A stretch of 63,692 nucleotides of DNA, the filler included, from Basidiobolus ranarum (Eukaryota): the NCBI GenBank assembly GCA_040143965.1. It is 13 parts of 13 records of this genome, joined end to end, with 100 filler letters (N's around TTAATTAATTAA, not from the genome) between each part and the next. Parts side by side here need not be neighbours in the genome. Positions count along the whole stretch, not along the records: positions 1 to 4,827 come from JASJQH010008692.1; positions 4,928 to 9,750 come from JASJQH010008693.1; positions 9,851 to 14,672 come from JASJQH010008694.1; 10 more parts are not named here. One strand, given 5' to 3'. Within the stretch, counting starts at the first letter, position 1, and every line of letters begins with the position of its first letter. Positions 1 to 12,786 of the stretch are shown here, one piece after another. The translations under genes and the position numbers were made by a program. Below the pieces are notes generated by a model that was not told the origin of the DNA, searched no databases, and was given only the letters and a program-made list of their open reading frames with translations.

Positions 1-210
1 TACTTAGGCCCCATCCCTTCTGGAATTCTCTACACTTGGCTCCATCCTATCTGGAATACTCTTAGGCCTAGCTTACTAGGAAACTCAGCTTTGTCAACTT
101 CTTGACTTTATTTTTGAATATTATATTCTAACTTGGCTTATTTATTTATTGACTTTGTTTAAATTGATAAATAAATATTACACCTTCTGGTGTTTATCAT
201 CCCCCTAACA
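1..210 (+). repeat. Possible 3' part of an LTR ending ...CCCCCTAACA
   Basis: CpG-free stretch with AATAA-type signals and a terminal CA at the contig edge. No second copy in the window. Confidence 0.3.
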
Positions 211-630
211 CTCCTACTATTTGGCAGAAATCACAATCGAATTGGCATTACCTGTATACATATATATATATATTACTAGTACTCCCTAACGAACTAAAGT
301 ATTTTTAAATCATCAATTCCGTCTTTCGCGATTGGACTTGTTTTAAGAACCACTCCTAATGGAAGCGACAACCATATGAAAATAATTAGTGAAATCTAGG
401 AAGTGTATTTTGGCTTGCCAAACTCCCTCATTTTGATTAACAAGTAGAAGAATGCGACTGAAATGGCCCTGACTAAAGGTTATGTATGATTATTTTTAGT
501 AGCCAAACCAAGGCTTCATAAATGACGCGTCATCCCCTTCAATCCGGATTTCAGGGTTTCTGAGTTTCTGATTCATATAAAATAACTGTTTATTCAAATT
601 GATTGCATAGAGTGCTCAGTAAGCAGATTC

Positions 631-1886
631 TTATTGGTTGGAGTTGAAAACCAAAAGATTAGGAGTATTACCACTCAAACCGGTAATAACATTCTCAGTG
701 GCTCTGGCTGATAAAGCATCATAGACATCTTGAGGCGAGTTGAAGTCCTCCTGTGCTAAATAGAGAGCCGCAACTCCGGCAACATGGGGACTGGCCATAC
801 TAGTACCTGATATTTTCTTGGTAGCAGTGTTGCCTCCGATCCATGCAGAGGTGATGTCTTGGCCTGGAGCTGCAATTGTAACACATTCACCGTAGTTGGT
901 GAAGCTAGCAGCAGTATCAGAAATTGTAGTAGCGGCAACAGTATAAGCACCTGCGGCATTAGCTGGTGATACATTACAAGCATCTTGACTCTCATTACCT
1001 GCAGCTACGATGAAACTAACTCCAGCCTGTACGGCGGAATCAACAGCTTGCTTCAATGCTTCACTGTTGCCACCTCCAAGAGACATGTTAGCCACGCTCT
1101 TTCTACCTGAGCTTTTTGCTCTTTGGGCCACCCAGTTAATACCGGATATAATCCCTGAAGTACTTCCACTACCAGCACCACTTAACACCTTGACACCGAT
1201 GAGATTGACTCTCTTGGCTACACCGTAGGTATTACCTCCAACGGTACCAGCAACGTGTGTACCATGACCATTAAGGTCATCGGTAGCTTCACCACTAATG
1301 AAGCTTACAGGTAGAGAGGCCCTTCCACCAAAGTCAGAATGCCTAACATTGATACCAGTATCAATGATGTAGACATCCACACCTGCCCCGGCGTTGTCAG
1401 GATAATTATATGGAGCATTGGTATTTCTGGCTCTTTGAGAGACTCTTGGTAAACCCCAACTGGGTGGGTTATTTTGAGTACCAGAGATAGTGAAAATTTG
1501 CTCCGCTTCAACGTATTCGACATCCGCGTGGCCCTTAAGATCCTTGACAAAGGATTCACTAAGAACACCGGCGTAAGCGTTAAAGCTAGAAAGAGAGAAC
1601 CTAGCCTTGATCTCGTTCTTGAGAGTATTGTTACCACTGCGTCCACGGTTATATTGGTCCAATTTTGTCTTCAAGAACTGGTCAACTTGAAACATGCAAG
1701 ATGTTAAAGCCTGAATTAAAAATGGGATTCGGTTAGGATTGGTACAGTACCTTTGTTTGTATCTGCAGTATTTTTAATCTTGACAATGTAGCGATTGGCC
1801 ACCTCTGGTGTTTGAGCCTCAGAGAAAGGGATTACTACAAGGATGGCGACCAAGGAACCCAAAGCAAGATTGCGAATGTTAACCAT
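631..1886 (-). CDS. Secreted subtilisin-like serine protease (S8, proteinase K type) with I9-like propeptide; exons 1886-1751 and 1685-631, about 396 aa
   Basis: Signal peptide MVNIRNLALGSLVAILVVIPFSEA. A 65-nt GT-AG intron (1750-1686) restores the frame. Triad motifs IIDTG, HGTHVAG and GTSMASPH are present. TATATA box near 1942-1949. Confidence 0.95.
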
Positions 1887-3199
1887 AGCTGAATAGTTGT
1901 TAGTGAGAGTTTGTTGAGTAGCTTAGTGGAATGACAGGCTTTATATATAGCTGGGTTAAGGTATTTATGGATATCGTTTATAACAAAGCATGGCTCAATC
2001 TACATCTGGCCTACCTACCTTTGCAAAGGATTACAAGAAATCGCCACTTGGAAATATTCGTGAGAAATGATTTCAAGTAAATTGGACAAAACTGGATCGT
2101 TCCTTTTTTTAATTCAGACATATACGGCGACCTGAAGCCTGGTTATTCAAGGTCCATAAGTCACCCGAATTTTTTTCCATAAACATACGTCGATATTGAA
2201 GCTAATGGTCCAGAATTTATGGTGAATGATCGACACTACTTCTTCAACAGGAGCCAACCAAAATGATACCAGCGTCATTCGGGTTTGTTCTCGCATTTCT
2301 CACGGATTTATTAGAATAAATTACATATATCACATGGATCCGCAAATAACGTAAAGAATCAGATGTATAGTTGAACTTTCGCCATCTGAGAACACACATA
2401 ACACAAATGCATCGATGTTTAAAAATAAGAGATGGGTACTGTTGCAATTAGCATTGCCTAAACACCTATATAGTCATATATAGCTTAGTATTTTGTATCT
2501 CCAGCTATTTTATATGACAAGCTTGAGATTTTTGATATGAGGCTTCACCATGGCCATTGCTTGTTTAAGTTGGCTTTAATTTGCTAGCACCAATGATATC
2601 TCTCGAAATAAAGATTTACTTAGACGTAGGTCTTGGTTAATAACAAGAAATCAATAAGTGTTATATATCAACATGAACCTGAAGTAAAAAGAGAGAAAAA
2701 GAATGGCCTACACTCATTCTCTCCAATAGGGAGTCGTCATACACTCTAGAACCGATGCAACCAGAGAGACTTTTCCCTCTCTTCAACAGTAGTTGCAATC
2801 ACAGCAGCTGGACTTTCCACCCTAAAGCCACTTCAATAAGCTTCTTAACACTCGACTAACAATGTAAGCCTTCAACCATAGTAATATCTCTGCGTTTAAC
2901 TTCCCCAATTTCATTGTAGCTCAACACGGATGTAACATTTACTCTCGTAGTTTAAAAATAAGTTTTAGTGATTGAACAATTGTATTCAGCGAAGTAGTAT
3001 CTGCCAAGATTATTTGACACCTTCTACTTCGAAACTGTCCAAGTTAGAACGGTATTACATATCGAATAGTCTTCAACCAATGTACAGAAAAGAAGTAAAT
3101 CCTTTTTATGCTACTCCTTATGATTTCATAAAACTGAAATGCCTGCATAATAAAAATGATAGAGTAAATAATTATATTAATTACTTGTAAAAATACTTC

Positions 3200-4827
3200 T
3201 TTCTTTGAGCGTGTTATGAATCTCTTCAATAGCATCACTATCGCCAGATAGAGTAGTGCTTTTAAAACTATTGATTGCAGCAAGAGATGCTCGGCCATCA
3301 TAGCTGTTAACATAAGATTCCGCTTCTGACATTGCTAACCTGTATGAAGCAAGTGACTTGCTTAAAAAAGGGATGATGATATACTAAGTACAATAATAAA
3401 TGATTTACTAGTGGCCAACATGCTAACCTTGAGTGTACACTGTGACATATGTAAGTCACGATAGTATGCTTTTACCATAGCATCTTCAACTGAGATAAAA
3501 TTAGCAGCATACGCAGCGCCAATCTCTCCAGAAGAATGCCCTACAACTGCCGAAGGTACAATACCCCAACTCTTCCAAAGGTCAACCAGTGCTATTTGGA
3601 TAAAGGTTGCGAATAAAGTGTAGAATTTACGTTGGATTACGTTCTGGGTTTGAGAAGTTCCCATAAGAAAATGATGTCAACGGCGGAAGATGAGTAATAG
3701 TAATATGAGGTACAAAATTTCAAAAGTCTCACTAATTATAGACCACTTGGGTCCGTCTTTCAGAGATTTCAGAGCCTAATCACACTTTAATAATGACATA
3801 AGAACAAGAATAGACCCAGTAATTAACTCGCGGCCCATTGCCCACCATTGAACTCCTTGACCGCTGGATATAAATAAAGCCTTTTGGTTTTTATAGTTAA
3901 CTTTGAACCAGTTTGCTGAAACTGGCTGCGGATACTCTTCATTTATTTCGTCAACAGTCGATGCTAGAATCAGTTTGTATTTTTGCAGTAGTATCATTCC
4001 ACTATCCTTGGTTTTTGCCATCAAAGGGATGATCAGCTGGATTTGGGTCGTCGGGGATTCATTCTTGGTTATGTAAGGCTCCGCACAGTCAAGAATTACA
4101 TGAGTGATAGTGGCATCGAAACTAAAGGAGTTAGCCGGCACACGGCACGGTATAATCTTTCCATTTTCTGTGGTACAAGCCTCAACATTTGTGGACCAGT
4201 CTATGGGTGATATGGGAATCCTCATATTCCATATATCAACATCAAGACTAGAGGTTGGTTGTGAAACATGACGATTAGGTTGTATTTTCCCGTTCTGGAA
4301 ACATAGGACTGCTTTAATCAGGTCTACTGTACCTGTATCACTCTTCAAGTGGCTTATATCATTAGGCCCAATATTTTGATATGATGAAGGCGCTTTAACC
4401 GAAGGGACAGTAGCACCAGAGGTTGGTTCATCTGAGCTCAATGAACTGTTACGAATGACAGCTAAGATTGGATTTCCATCTTGAATTGAATCGCTCAGAG
4501 ATTTTAGAATAAGGCTACAAACACCTTCCCCATAAGAATAGCTATCACATGAAAGAGAACTAAGCATGTAAGTGTGAGCAATGTGCAGTTTGGAAGTCAA
4601 AAACCATGAAAGAATATCCGTACCCCAGAATGACTGGACCCATCACTAGTTGAGAGTCTCCAATCAGGGTCATATTATATTTGCCAGTTCTAAGGCTTTG
4701 AACTGCGAAGTGAAGAGCGGTCAGGGATGAGGAGGTATCCATAACTACCGAGGAACCTTTTAAATCCAAAAATTTAGATATCCGATTTACTGCCAATGAG
4801 TGACTGAGCTCTGTAGCTTTGCAGATA
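3200..4827 (-). pseudogene. Decayed iterative type I polyketide synthase (KS and AT remnants)
   Basis: DT--SSSLTALHFAVQSL lacks the catalytic Cys. YGEGVCSLILKSLSD, GQGVQWWAMGREL and [13 protein letters not shown] are spread over several frames with deletions. Confidence 0.88.
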
Positions 4828-4927
4828 NNNNNNNNNNNNNNNNNNNNNNNNNNNNNNNNNNNNNNNNNNNNTTAATTAATTAANNNNNNNNNNNNNNNNN
4901 NNNNNNNNNNNNNNNNNNNNNNNNNNN
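4828..4927. other. Artificial contig spacer N44-TTAATTAATTAA-N44 (first of 12)
   Basis: Identical 100-nt spacers also start at 9751, 14673, 19592, 24510, 29420, 34324, 39222, 44120, 49017, 53912 and 58803. The linker has stops in all six frames. Contig lengths never increase along the window. Confidence 0.98.
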
Positions 4928-5375
4928 AAAAGTGAAAGTCTTCACCATCAAACTTCTCTGTGGATGCAAAAATGTTGGTAATAGTACTGGTAGACATTCC
5001 TTTAGCAGCTAGCTTATTCCTAACCTGATAAAAGTGTTTAGGGGATTTGGAAGTGTTTTGGACAAGATTTGGATTTTTGAATTAGACACTTAGGTTTTAT
5101 TAAATTGAATTTGTCCTATTGATAGTTAACTATGAAACAGGACTATTGGACATGCTTAGATCATAACAAACATGCCTGTTAAGCATGGGTGAAAATTTAG
5201 GTGATGTGGAGATGTGTTGGAAACATAGTGAAAATTGGTAAAGTGATCTAATTGATATTTCTATCAATTAGAGCAATAAACACATGTCTTTGAATGACAG
5301 AATTGAGTGCTAAATAATCAGAATATGAATAAACTAACTACTAAACAATGAGTTGCTATTTACTTAATTTCAACA
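4928..5375 (-). mobile_element. Ty1/copia 5' end: LTR family B (5375-5026, TGTTGAAAT...TTTTATCA), decayed PBS (GGTTAGG) and gag start at 4997
   Basis: 350-bp TG..CA unit followed by GGTTA and MSTSTITNIFASTEKFDGEDFHF, a copia gag-like N-terminus. Other LTR copies at about 9643, 19692, 39322 and 62849. Confidence 0.8.
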
Positions 5376-8266
5376 ACAATTGGACACTACCAACAACAAC
5401 ATGGCACCATCCCACTACAATTGGCACAATGATTTTTTGGCTGCTGTGTATCTCACACTCATACAATATATAGATTTTAGTTTATGCCAATGGTTCCTTC
5501 ATTATGGAACACTAGTACTTTTAGCATGCTGATGGCAAATCATAGCACACTGTGAGAAACGGATCTGCAGAAGGAGGGTCTCAATTAGTATTGCTTGTAG
5601 CATCATTTTCAAATCAGAGAATTGTTCCTTCAATCATGTAAGCTACTATTTAGGTGAGAATGTAAAAGATTGAGCCTTAATGTGCCAATACGACATCTCC
5701 AGCTTTCTGTTGACCAACTTTCTTTATATACTTGTAGTGAAATCAATTGAACAAATATAACATCTTTTGCATTTTTTTGCTATATGAAATTCTTACACTA
5801 TTGTTGTTTCAAAAGGACATATACAATCATGATCTAAGAGAAGTAATTGCTGCTTTATTTACCTGCAATTGGCTTTAATTACAAATGATATGCTAAATAT
5901 TAGAGTTAGCAAAATATAAGAAGTACCAACATCATTTCCAGTTTTTTTTGTTGTGTCTTTTATATTTCCGTGGAAGGAACTTTGCTTCAATCTCTATGCT
6001 GAGTTGATTTGAGTCTGCCAAAGTTTCTCTACCTTAGACAGCATGTGGTGTGGCTAGAGATTATGGACTCTAGTATGCATTAGTCCATCTGTAACTGCTT
6101 GTGGTTCATTTATATCTCAAGTCTCTTCTTCCAATTCAGAGCATTCTCTATTTGGGTCCACCTGCCAGTACTTGAGGCTTGTTCTCAACTGTTATAGATT
6201 CTCAAGCCACAGTGGAAGCTCCATCTCTTTTATCTGGTTATGGCTGCAGTTACATGGGGGTACAAGTAGCAACAAGTTTTCTATATCAAGGTTTGTGTTT
6301 GACTCTTTTAGTTTCTTTTAGCTCAGTCAGAGCTTTACTATCACTCACAAACATCCATTGTCTTGGTCTTATTGAGATATGTGTGGTACAAATGACTATC
6401 TTGGTAGTTTGCTCTTGGGTGTCAGACCTTCATCCAACAAAGGATAAGGTTCAATAATTCTTGCAATTGGTCTTTGTTGCTATAGCATGATAGTACACAT
6501 TAAACCAGTAAGCCTGACTAGTGGCTTGCTCCTTGGAGCTGACTCTTTTGCAGATATAAAAAGCTCACTGGATGGTATAGTTGGGTTAGTTAAATTAAGC
6601 TAAATGATGAAATAAGAATCCAAGCCATCCTGTTGGTGGTTCTTGATTGACTACTTGCTCTTTGTAAGAAATAGGGAGAAATATCCTGGACTCTACCAAG
6701 TTGGCATTGCTATTGATATGTGCTACTAGCTGATGAACCAACTTGTTAAACTTGTGCCTGTGTAGGAGGTGCTACCTGATTTTTTGAGGTTAGTTGTGCA
6801 CATTCATCTTGTCAGATAGATACATCATCAGGGGTCTCCTTTATTTGGAGCAATCCAGTATGTATGTGCAGCAGTCTGGACTGGTCCAATTTGCCTTTGG
6901 GAATATCTTTCTGGGAGTTGACTTGACCCAGTATGTCAGTGCAATGGTCCATTCCAATTGGCCTTCTGGAATATCTTCTAACTCAATAAATTGTCTTGCT
7001 TTTCTGTTTATACCTTTGTAGGTTACTCTTGCCATATTATCCCAAAATGAATCTTTGACCTCTTCAGCTTTGTTTCACCCAGTTAGATATTTATTTAGAT
7101 GATCTTGTATCTCAATAGTTAAGGCTGCAATGGTTTCTTCTGATTGACATGGGAAAAAACCCCATTAGAAATGACAGAGAAGCAACATTTTCTAAATAAA
7201 ACATACAGCTAATGCAAGTTCTTGTTAATTGGTAAATATCCTTATGCCAATTTGAGCTGGCTCACTTTTTAGCTGGCCTGACCTGGTGTAATAAAGTGGA
7301 ACAAGTATAATAATACAAGACCTGTAGAATCCAGCACTTGAGCTACAGCAGTACACTGCACCCTCAATCCACTCTCAAATTGGATTTCAGTCAATCCCAC
7401 ATCACACATACGAGCATCACCATGACAATCTAGCAGAGCAGAACATATGTTAGACCATTAAGCCTACTCAAGAACCCAAATTTGCTTTTCATATGAATGT
7501 AGAAATTTCACAGGAAAACCAGCAAGCTAAAAGCCACTGAGTGTCAGAGCTGTTAGCACTTGCTCTGTAGATGAATGGCTTTATATTTTGGAGACTGTGT
7601 GGAATTCAACCCAAAATTACCTTGACTTGATCCACTTACTTTGTATGTCACATTGAGGGTTGTTGCAGGCAAATGACAATTGGCCTCATGACTTACCATC
7701 AAAATTTATGCAATCAAAGAATTTGAAAAGAAAGAAATCCAGTTAAAGCTGTACACAAGAAGCAGGAAGTTAGTAGACCTAAAGGAAAAAGAAGGGAGAC
7801 AGTGAGTTTTGTCTTTGTTGTTGCATCTCTTGACACCATTAAAAAGATCTTTATTTCTTAAATTAGCTATATTGGCAGATACCACATTGCCAAGGCTTAA
7901 TTATATCATGCCACTAGTTACAAGAGTTCAAAAGTTAGAAGTCTATCCAACACTTAGCACCCCCTAACAAGCCAATACTCCAGCAAGTAAAACTCATGGC
8001 TATCCAACCTCAAATGGCGCTGTTCAAAGTGTTAGGATTAGGACTTATCCTAAAGGCAAGCAAAAAGCCACCCAAACACTTCAAAGTACACTGGGTAGTG
8101 TTAAAGGAACTGTTTGTTAAGATTCAGTAAAAGTGCTTGAAGAGTATTTTCTAATGTATGAAGGGGAAAGTATAGTGCAAATATGAAGCATGTGGCTTCA
8201 GAAGAAGAAAATCCAATTCAAAGTTGAGTCAGATATTGACTATGCTGATATATATAAAGAAGTTAA

Positions 8267-8620
8267 CCTTAACAAGAAGTTGAGGATTGTGAAAGTGAGA
8301 AAACTGTCACAATTTTAAACCATTTTGGATTGACCATTTGTTTGCTATCATAAAATTGTCAATTTAGATTTGTTTTAATCAATTTTTTCAGCTTCAGGAG
8401 TGAAATTTCAAGATCTTGCAAAATAGTTGCACATGCTTGGCTAAAATCTCAGAAAACTATGAATCAATACATATACAAAAAATTTAACTCAAATTATACA
8501 CATTTACCACTTATACCATGATTTATCTTCTTTGAAATTTCTTGTTTCTTCTATGTATTCTCTTGAATATTTTTATATGGTTCTTCATACCCAAGGTTTA
8601 GCTCATATCCAGCACAAGTT
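8267..8620 (+). repeat. Repeat family A (putative DNA-transposon end, consensus CCCTAACAGAAATTTGAGGATTGT)
   Basis: Homologous to 17126-17470 and 39044-39221, and to 14773-14967 inverted. Confidence 0.75.
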
Positions 8621-9399
8621 TGTATTAATATGTAGAACTGCACACCAGCAGCAATGGCTGGTTTACCCAATAAGTGAAGGCCCCAAATCTGCAGAAGCAA
8701 AGGTAGATAGAAATAAATTGCACACTGGATAGGACATGCCATCACCTACAAAATTGCATCAACCTCAAGCTACAACTTATGCTGGCCAAGGTAGACCAAG
8801 AAACACAGCATAGAGACTCAAACAAAGTTCCCTTCATGGAAACATTAAAGAGACAACAGAATTAATAGAAGCAAATCAGCTGTACCATCTTAATAAAGGG
8901 CAACTACTGAATGCTCTTGTTACTATCAATGTTATTCTATCTTTACTCTATGGTGCATCATTTGCACTCAAAATGGATTGTGGGGTAACATAGCACAAAT
9001 TACTTCAGTTTATTCAAAGCTGCAAATGTCCTTGTGAAACACTAAGTGTGAAAGATCATTATATAACCAAAACATGCAATGATATCCTACTGACTTTGTA
9101 TGGCTCAACATAATCATCCTTGGACCTAATTGGATACTTAAATGATTGAACAAATGTTCCAATAGTCTGTAAATGATGTGTCAAGTGCTCCAGATCAAAA
9201 CCATCTTATTGCACATTGATCTATTATGGAGCTGGGTGTTTTTCCACTAGTCTGCTAAAACTACCAAATTTTAATAATACAAGAACCATTGGTCCCAATT
9301 GAGGATCATGATATTATATGATTGAGAGCAAATAATTGGTCCTTAAACTAGCAAATAACTTGATTAAATAATTAATTGTGTAAGTTACAGTATCAAATG

Positions 9400-9750
9400 T
9401 TTATTACTATATGTTCAAATATTGATTAGTTGCTACAGCAATGGGAACTGACAGCCTGTACTTCATGAATCCAGGATTGGAGCACAAAACTGCAGTAAAC
9501 CAAATATTCAGGTATTGGAAAGGAACTGTAGATCTAATTCCAGTATAATCAGGTACTCCTGCTGCTCAATACTTTATATGCTACAGGGATGTAGACTATG
9601 AAAGCAACCTTGAGCATGGCAGATCAACAACTGGGTACATTTTGTTGAAATTAGGTAAATAGCAACTCATTATTTAGTAGTTAGTTTATTCATATTCTGA
9701 TTATTTAGCACTCAATTCTGTTATTCAAAAACGTGTGTTTATTGCTCTAA
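9400..9750 (+). mobile_element. Copia RT/RNase H remnant interrupted at about 9643 by a family B LTR
   Basis: Reads ...HKTAVNQIFRYWKGT...DYESNLEHGRSTTGYI, then TGTTGAAATTAGG matching the LTR at 5375. Confidence 0.7.
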
Positions 9751-10353
9751 NNNNNNNNNNNNNNNNNNNNNNNNNNNNNNNNNNNNNNNNNNNNTTAATT
9801 AATTAANNNNNNNNNNNNNNNNNNNNNNNNNNNNNNNNNNNNNNNNNNNNCACTGCGGATAAAATGTCAAGAATAGGATTTGTATCATCATTAGCGCTTG
9901 TTGTCAACTTGGGCCATGCATCCAATCGTTATTCCACTCCCGGGCATCCAAGGGAATTTGCACCTTTCGTTTAGTCACTGCCTTATGAGTACAAATAGAA
10001 CGAGAAGGCACAAATCAGTGATTCATTTATATCATGGTTGCAAATAATATCGAATTGGGTCGAGAGGCGGGTATATTTCAGGTTACTTACCATAAATGAA
10101 AGCTCATCAGTTGATAAATCATGCTGATTTCTTTGTTCATTAGGTAAGACAGAGTAATAAGAACAGGCGTGTGGTTTTTAAGGATCATAACTGACTTTTA
10201 GTTTACTTCAATATATTCGATTGGATTGAATTCTATGAGTCGTCGTAAGGGGTCATCCAGGGGATCCTTTGCGGACTTTCAAATATAGGTTACATATGGC
10301 CAGGGCATTTTTCTATCTTGAAGTGTTATCTTCTTTTCTACAAACTAACTTAA

Positions 10354-11939
10354 ATGTCTTGCGACTTATCTGACCCAGCTATTGCCCCCGCCTATGAGGA
10401 GGTAGCGACAGGCCAAGGTGCCAACTGGTGTGTACTAGATGTCCCTTTAAAATGAATTCTCTGGTAATTTATTTGGGTTTCTTTTCTAGGTTGATACTTG
10501 GATACCATGATAGTAGAGATACTATATCTTTGTATACCAAGGGAACCGGAGGCCTAGAGGAATTTAAAGCTCACCTTACAGATGAAGTCCTCTATGGCTA
10601 CCTCAACTTCGAGAACAACCTCATCTTTGTGACTTACATAAGTGAAAATGTCAGGTAATATCAGTTATTTATTTCTCGTTAGTGAGTGAAGTTTTAAGTT
10701 TGTGTGGCTTATATATCTTTATTTTATGTAGTGGAATTCGCAGAGGTATTGACTTGTGACGTTACTACAGGGTATTATGATGTTCCCGCCGCTAATCGTA
10801 TATCTTTATATAGCTCGTGCCTTTGTTCATGGAAAACATGTTGCTACTATGTTAAACGTGAGCAATACCCTTGATATGAATATTCACTTTATAGCAACCA
10901 TTTAACTGGATACCCATTTTCAGAAACATGACGTATACTTCACTGCCTCTAGTCTTGCAGATTTGACTAGTAGCAACGTCAGTGCACGTATTCGCCCTAA
11001 AAGCGTTGAATTGGCAGCCGATGCCTTTGAAAGTCAACCAGCTGTTGCAGAGGTTGAGAGTGTCTCCAATCCAGTTGAAAGTGTCCCTGAGCCCGTAGAG
11101 GCACCCATATTTGAGGCACCTTCAGAGATCGAGGCGGCCCATATAGCTGCTCCAACTTCTGAATTACCTCCAATTCCCGCTCCACGCCCAAGTAATGAAC
11201 CCGAGTTTGAAGATGCACAAGAGGAGTTTTCCTCTCCAGTTGAAGAAGTTCAACCAAGTCATGAACTTGACACTCATACTGAAATTCCAGTTAACAAAGA
11301 ACCTGAATTAGTTGAAGAATCCGTACCTGTCATTGGAACACCTGACAAGAGTAACCTCGTTAAAGCCAACGGATCCACCACCCCTGAACAGTTGACAAAA
11401 GATCTTAAGTCTTTGGAAACTGATAGAATTTTAGAGGAAAATCTAAAGAAGCGAGAGGACTTAATGAACCAGGTTTTGGAATCAGAGAGTTCTGGAAATG
11501 TAAGGGAATCTTGTAAGGTTAAATTAATATCAACATAATTCTAAAGTGCAGTTCCCTCTCCAATCCATAATGTTTAGGCCACTTCGTTGACGGGTTACAT
11601 CACTGTTCAAGGTGGCGGTGTTTATGTAAGTTAGAGACTTTCTTGTTCACCACTGGCATTCTTTACTAACTCAAAAATCAGTTCTGGAAGCGCAGATGGT
11701 TTGCGCTTCGAGGTAATACTCTGTATCTGTATCGTGATGAGAAGGATAAGTATCCCCTCTCTAGTATCGATTTTGGAGTTGGGATCAATCGCATCGAGGA
11801 TGCACGAAGTGAAGTACTAATCCCTAACAGCTTTAGAGTGGAGTTTTCACCTAATGAGGTCTACCATTTCTTTGCTGATACATCTGAGGAGAAAGCTCAA
11901 ATCATGGGTAGATTCCTAGGCTGTGTCACCACCAACTAG
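10354..11939 (+). CDS. Multi-exon protein: N-terminal ADF-H (coactosin/drebrin-like) domain, acidic Pro-rich linker, C-terminal PH domain
   Basis: Spliced reading MSCDLSDPAIAPAYEEV..NW|LILGY..GTGGLEEF..DEVLYG..RRARAFVH. C-terminus TGYITVQ..FWKRRWFALRGNTLYLYRDE..FFADTSEEK. GT-AG introns; TAG at 11937-11939. Confidence 0.85.
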
Positions 11940-12786
11940 CCGAGCTTCATATGGCAAAGACGACATCGATTTAGGGTAAATGTATACATTTTCCCTACGA
12001 AGTATTATTAACGAATTGACATGATCGTTCTAAACAATCCTCTATTTTGTATATTTTAATAATATTCTTGTCTTCTAATACACTTTACAAATACATCTTT
12101 ATCATCTAGTAATCGATTTACATGAATTCTTAAACTTCTCGCGAAATTATTGATTTATTCCGCCTTGCAATCATAATAAATTCAAATACCATTCTATTTA
12201 TAAAACCCAGAATGATTGATCGCGTTTTAAAGTGTAAGTTTTTTGGTCTATTTATAACAACTGAATGAAGCTCTGGCTTCGTCAAATGACATTTTAGCTC
12301 ACGCTTTTGCAGTGGCGAGCTATGAAGATAAAGATACATTCATTAGTGGCGATTTGTTCTGAAGTTGAAGCTGTATGAGGACTTTAGCGGATACATTTTC
12401 TATCATATTCAGAGAATATTTAAAGCTTGTCTAAATGAAAGAATTATATCCCATCATGATTGCTAGCTTTACCAATTCAAATCCTCTTACCGATATAATA
12501 AACAGAGATGACTAGTGTGTTAGTATTGTTTGTGAGCTGCTACCAAGTACTTCAGTTTTTGACAGCTGATCCGTCTTATTGTGAAGATATCCCAAAGTTA
12601 AGTTCACTCACTATATCTTACTGAGCAGAAAATGAATTACCGAGTTAAAACATCTTTTTTATTAGGCTGACTCAATTAACATTATTTAGAATAAGTATAA
12701 TATGCTTAGATATGCATACATACTAGACTTATGTACTGCGACTGGTTGAGCAGTGCAGAAATCTCAACTAAAGCGTGAAATATGTT

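Noticed and set aside
756-1707. Short ORFs overlapping the subtilisin gene, and similar short ORFs elsewhere
   Set aside because: Shadow frames of real genes or chance ORFs.
5400-7100. Possible non-LTR retrotransposon ORF1/endonuclease remnant on the minus strand
   Set aside because: Too decayed; no motif could be read with confidence.
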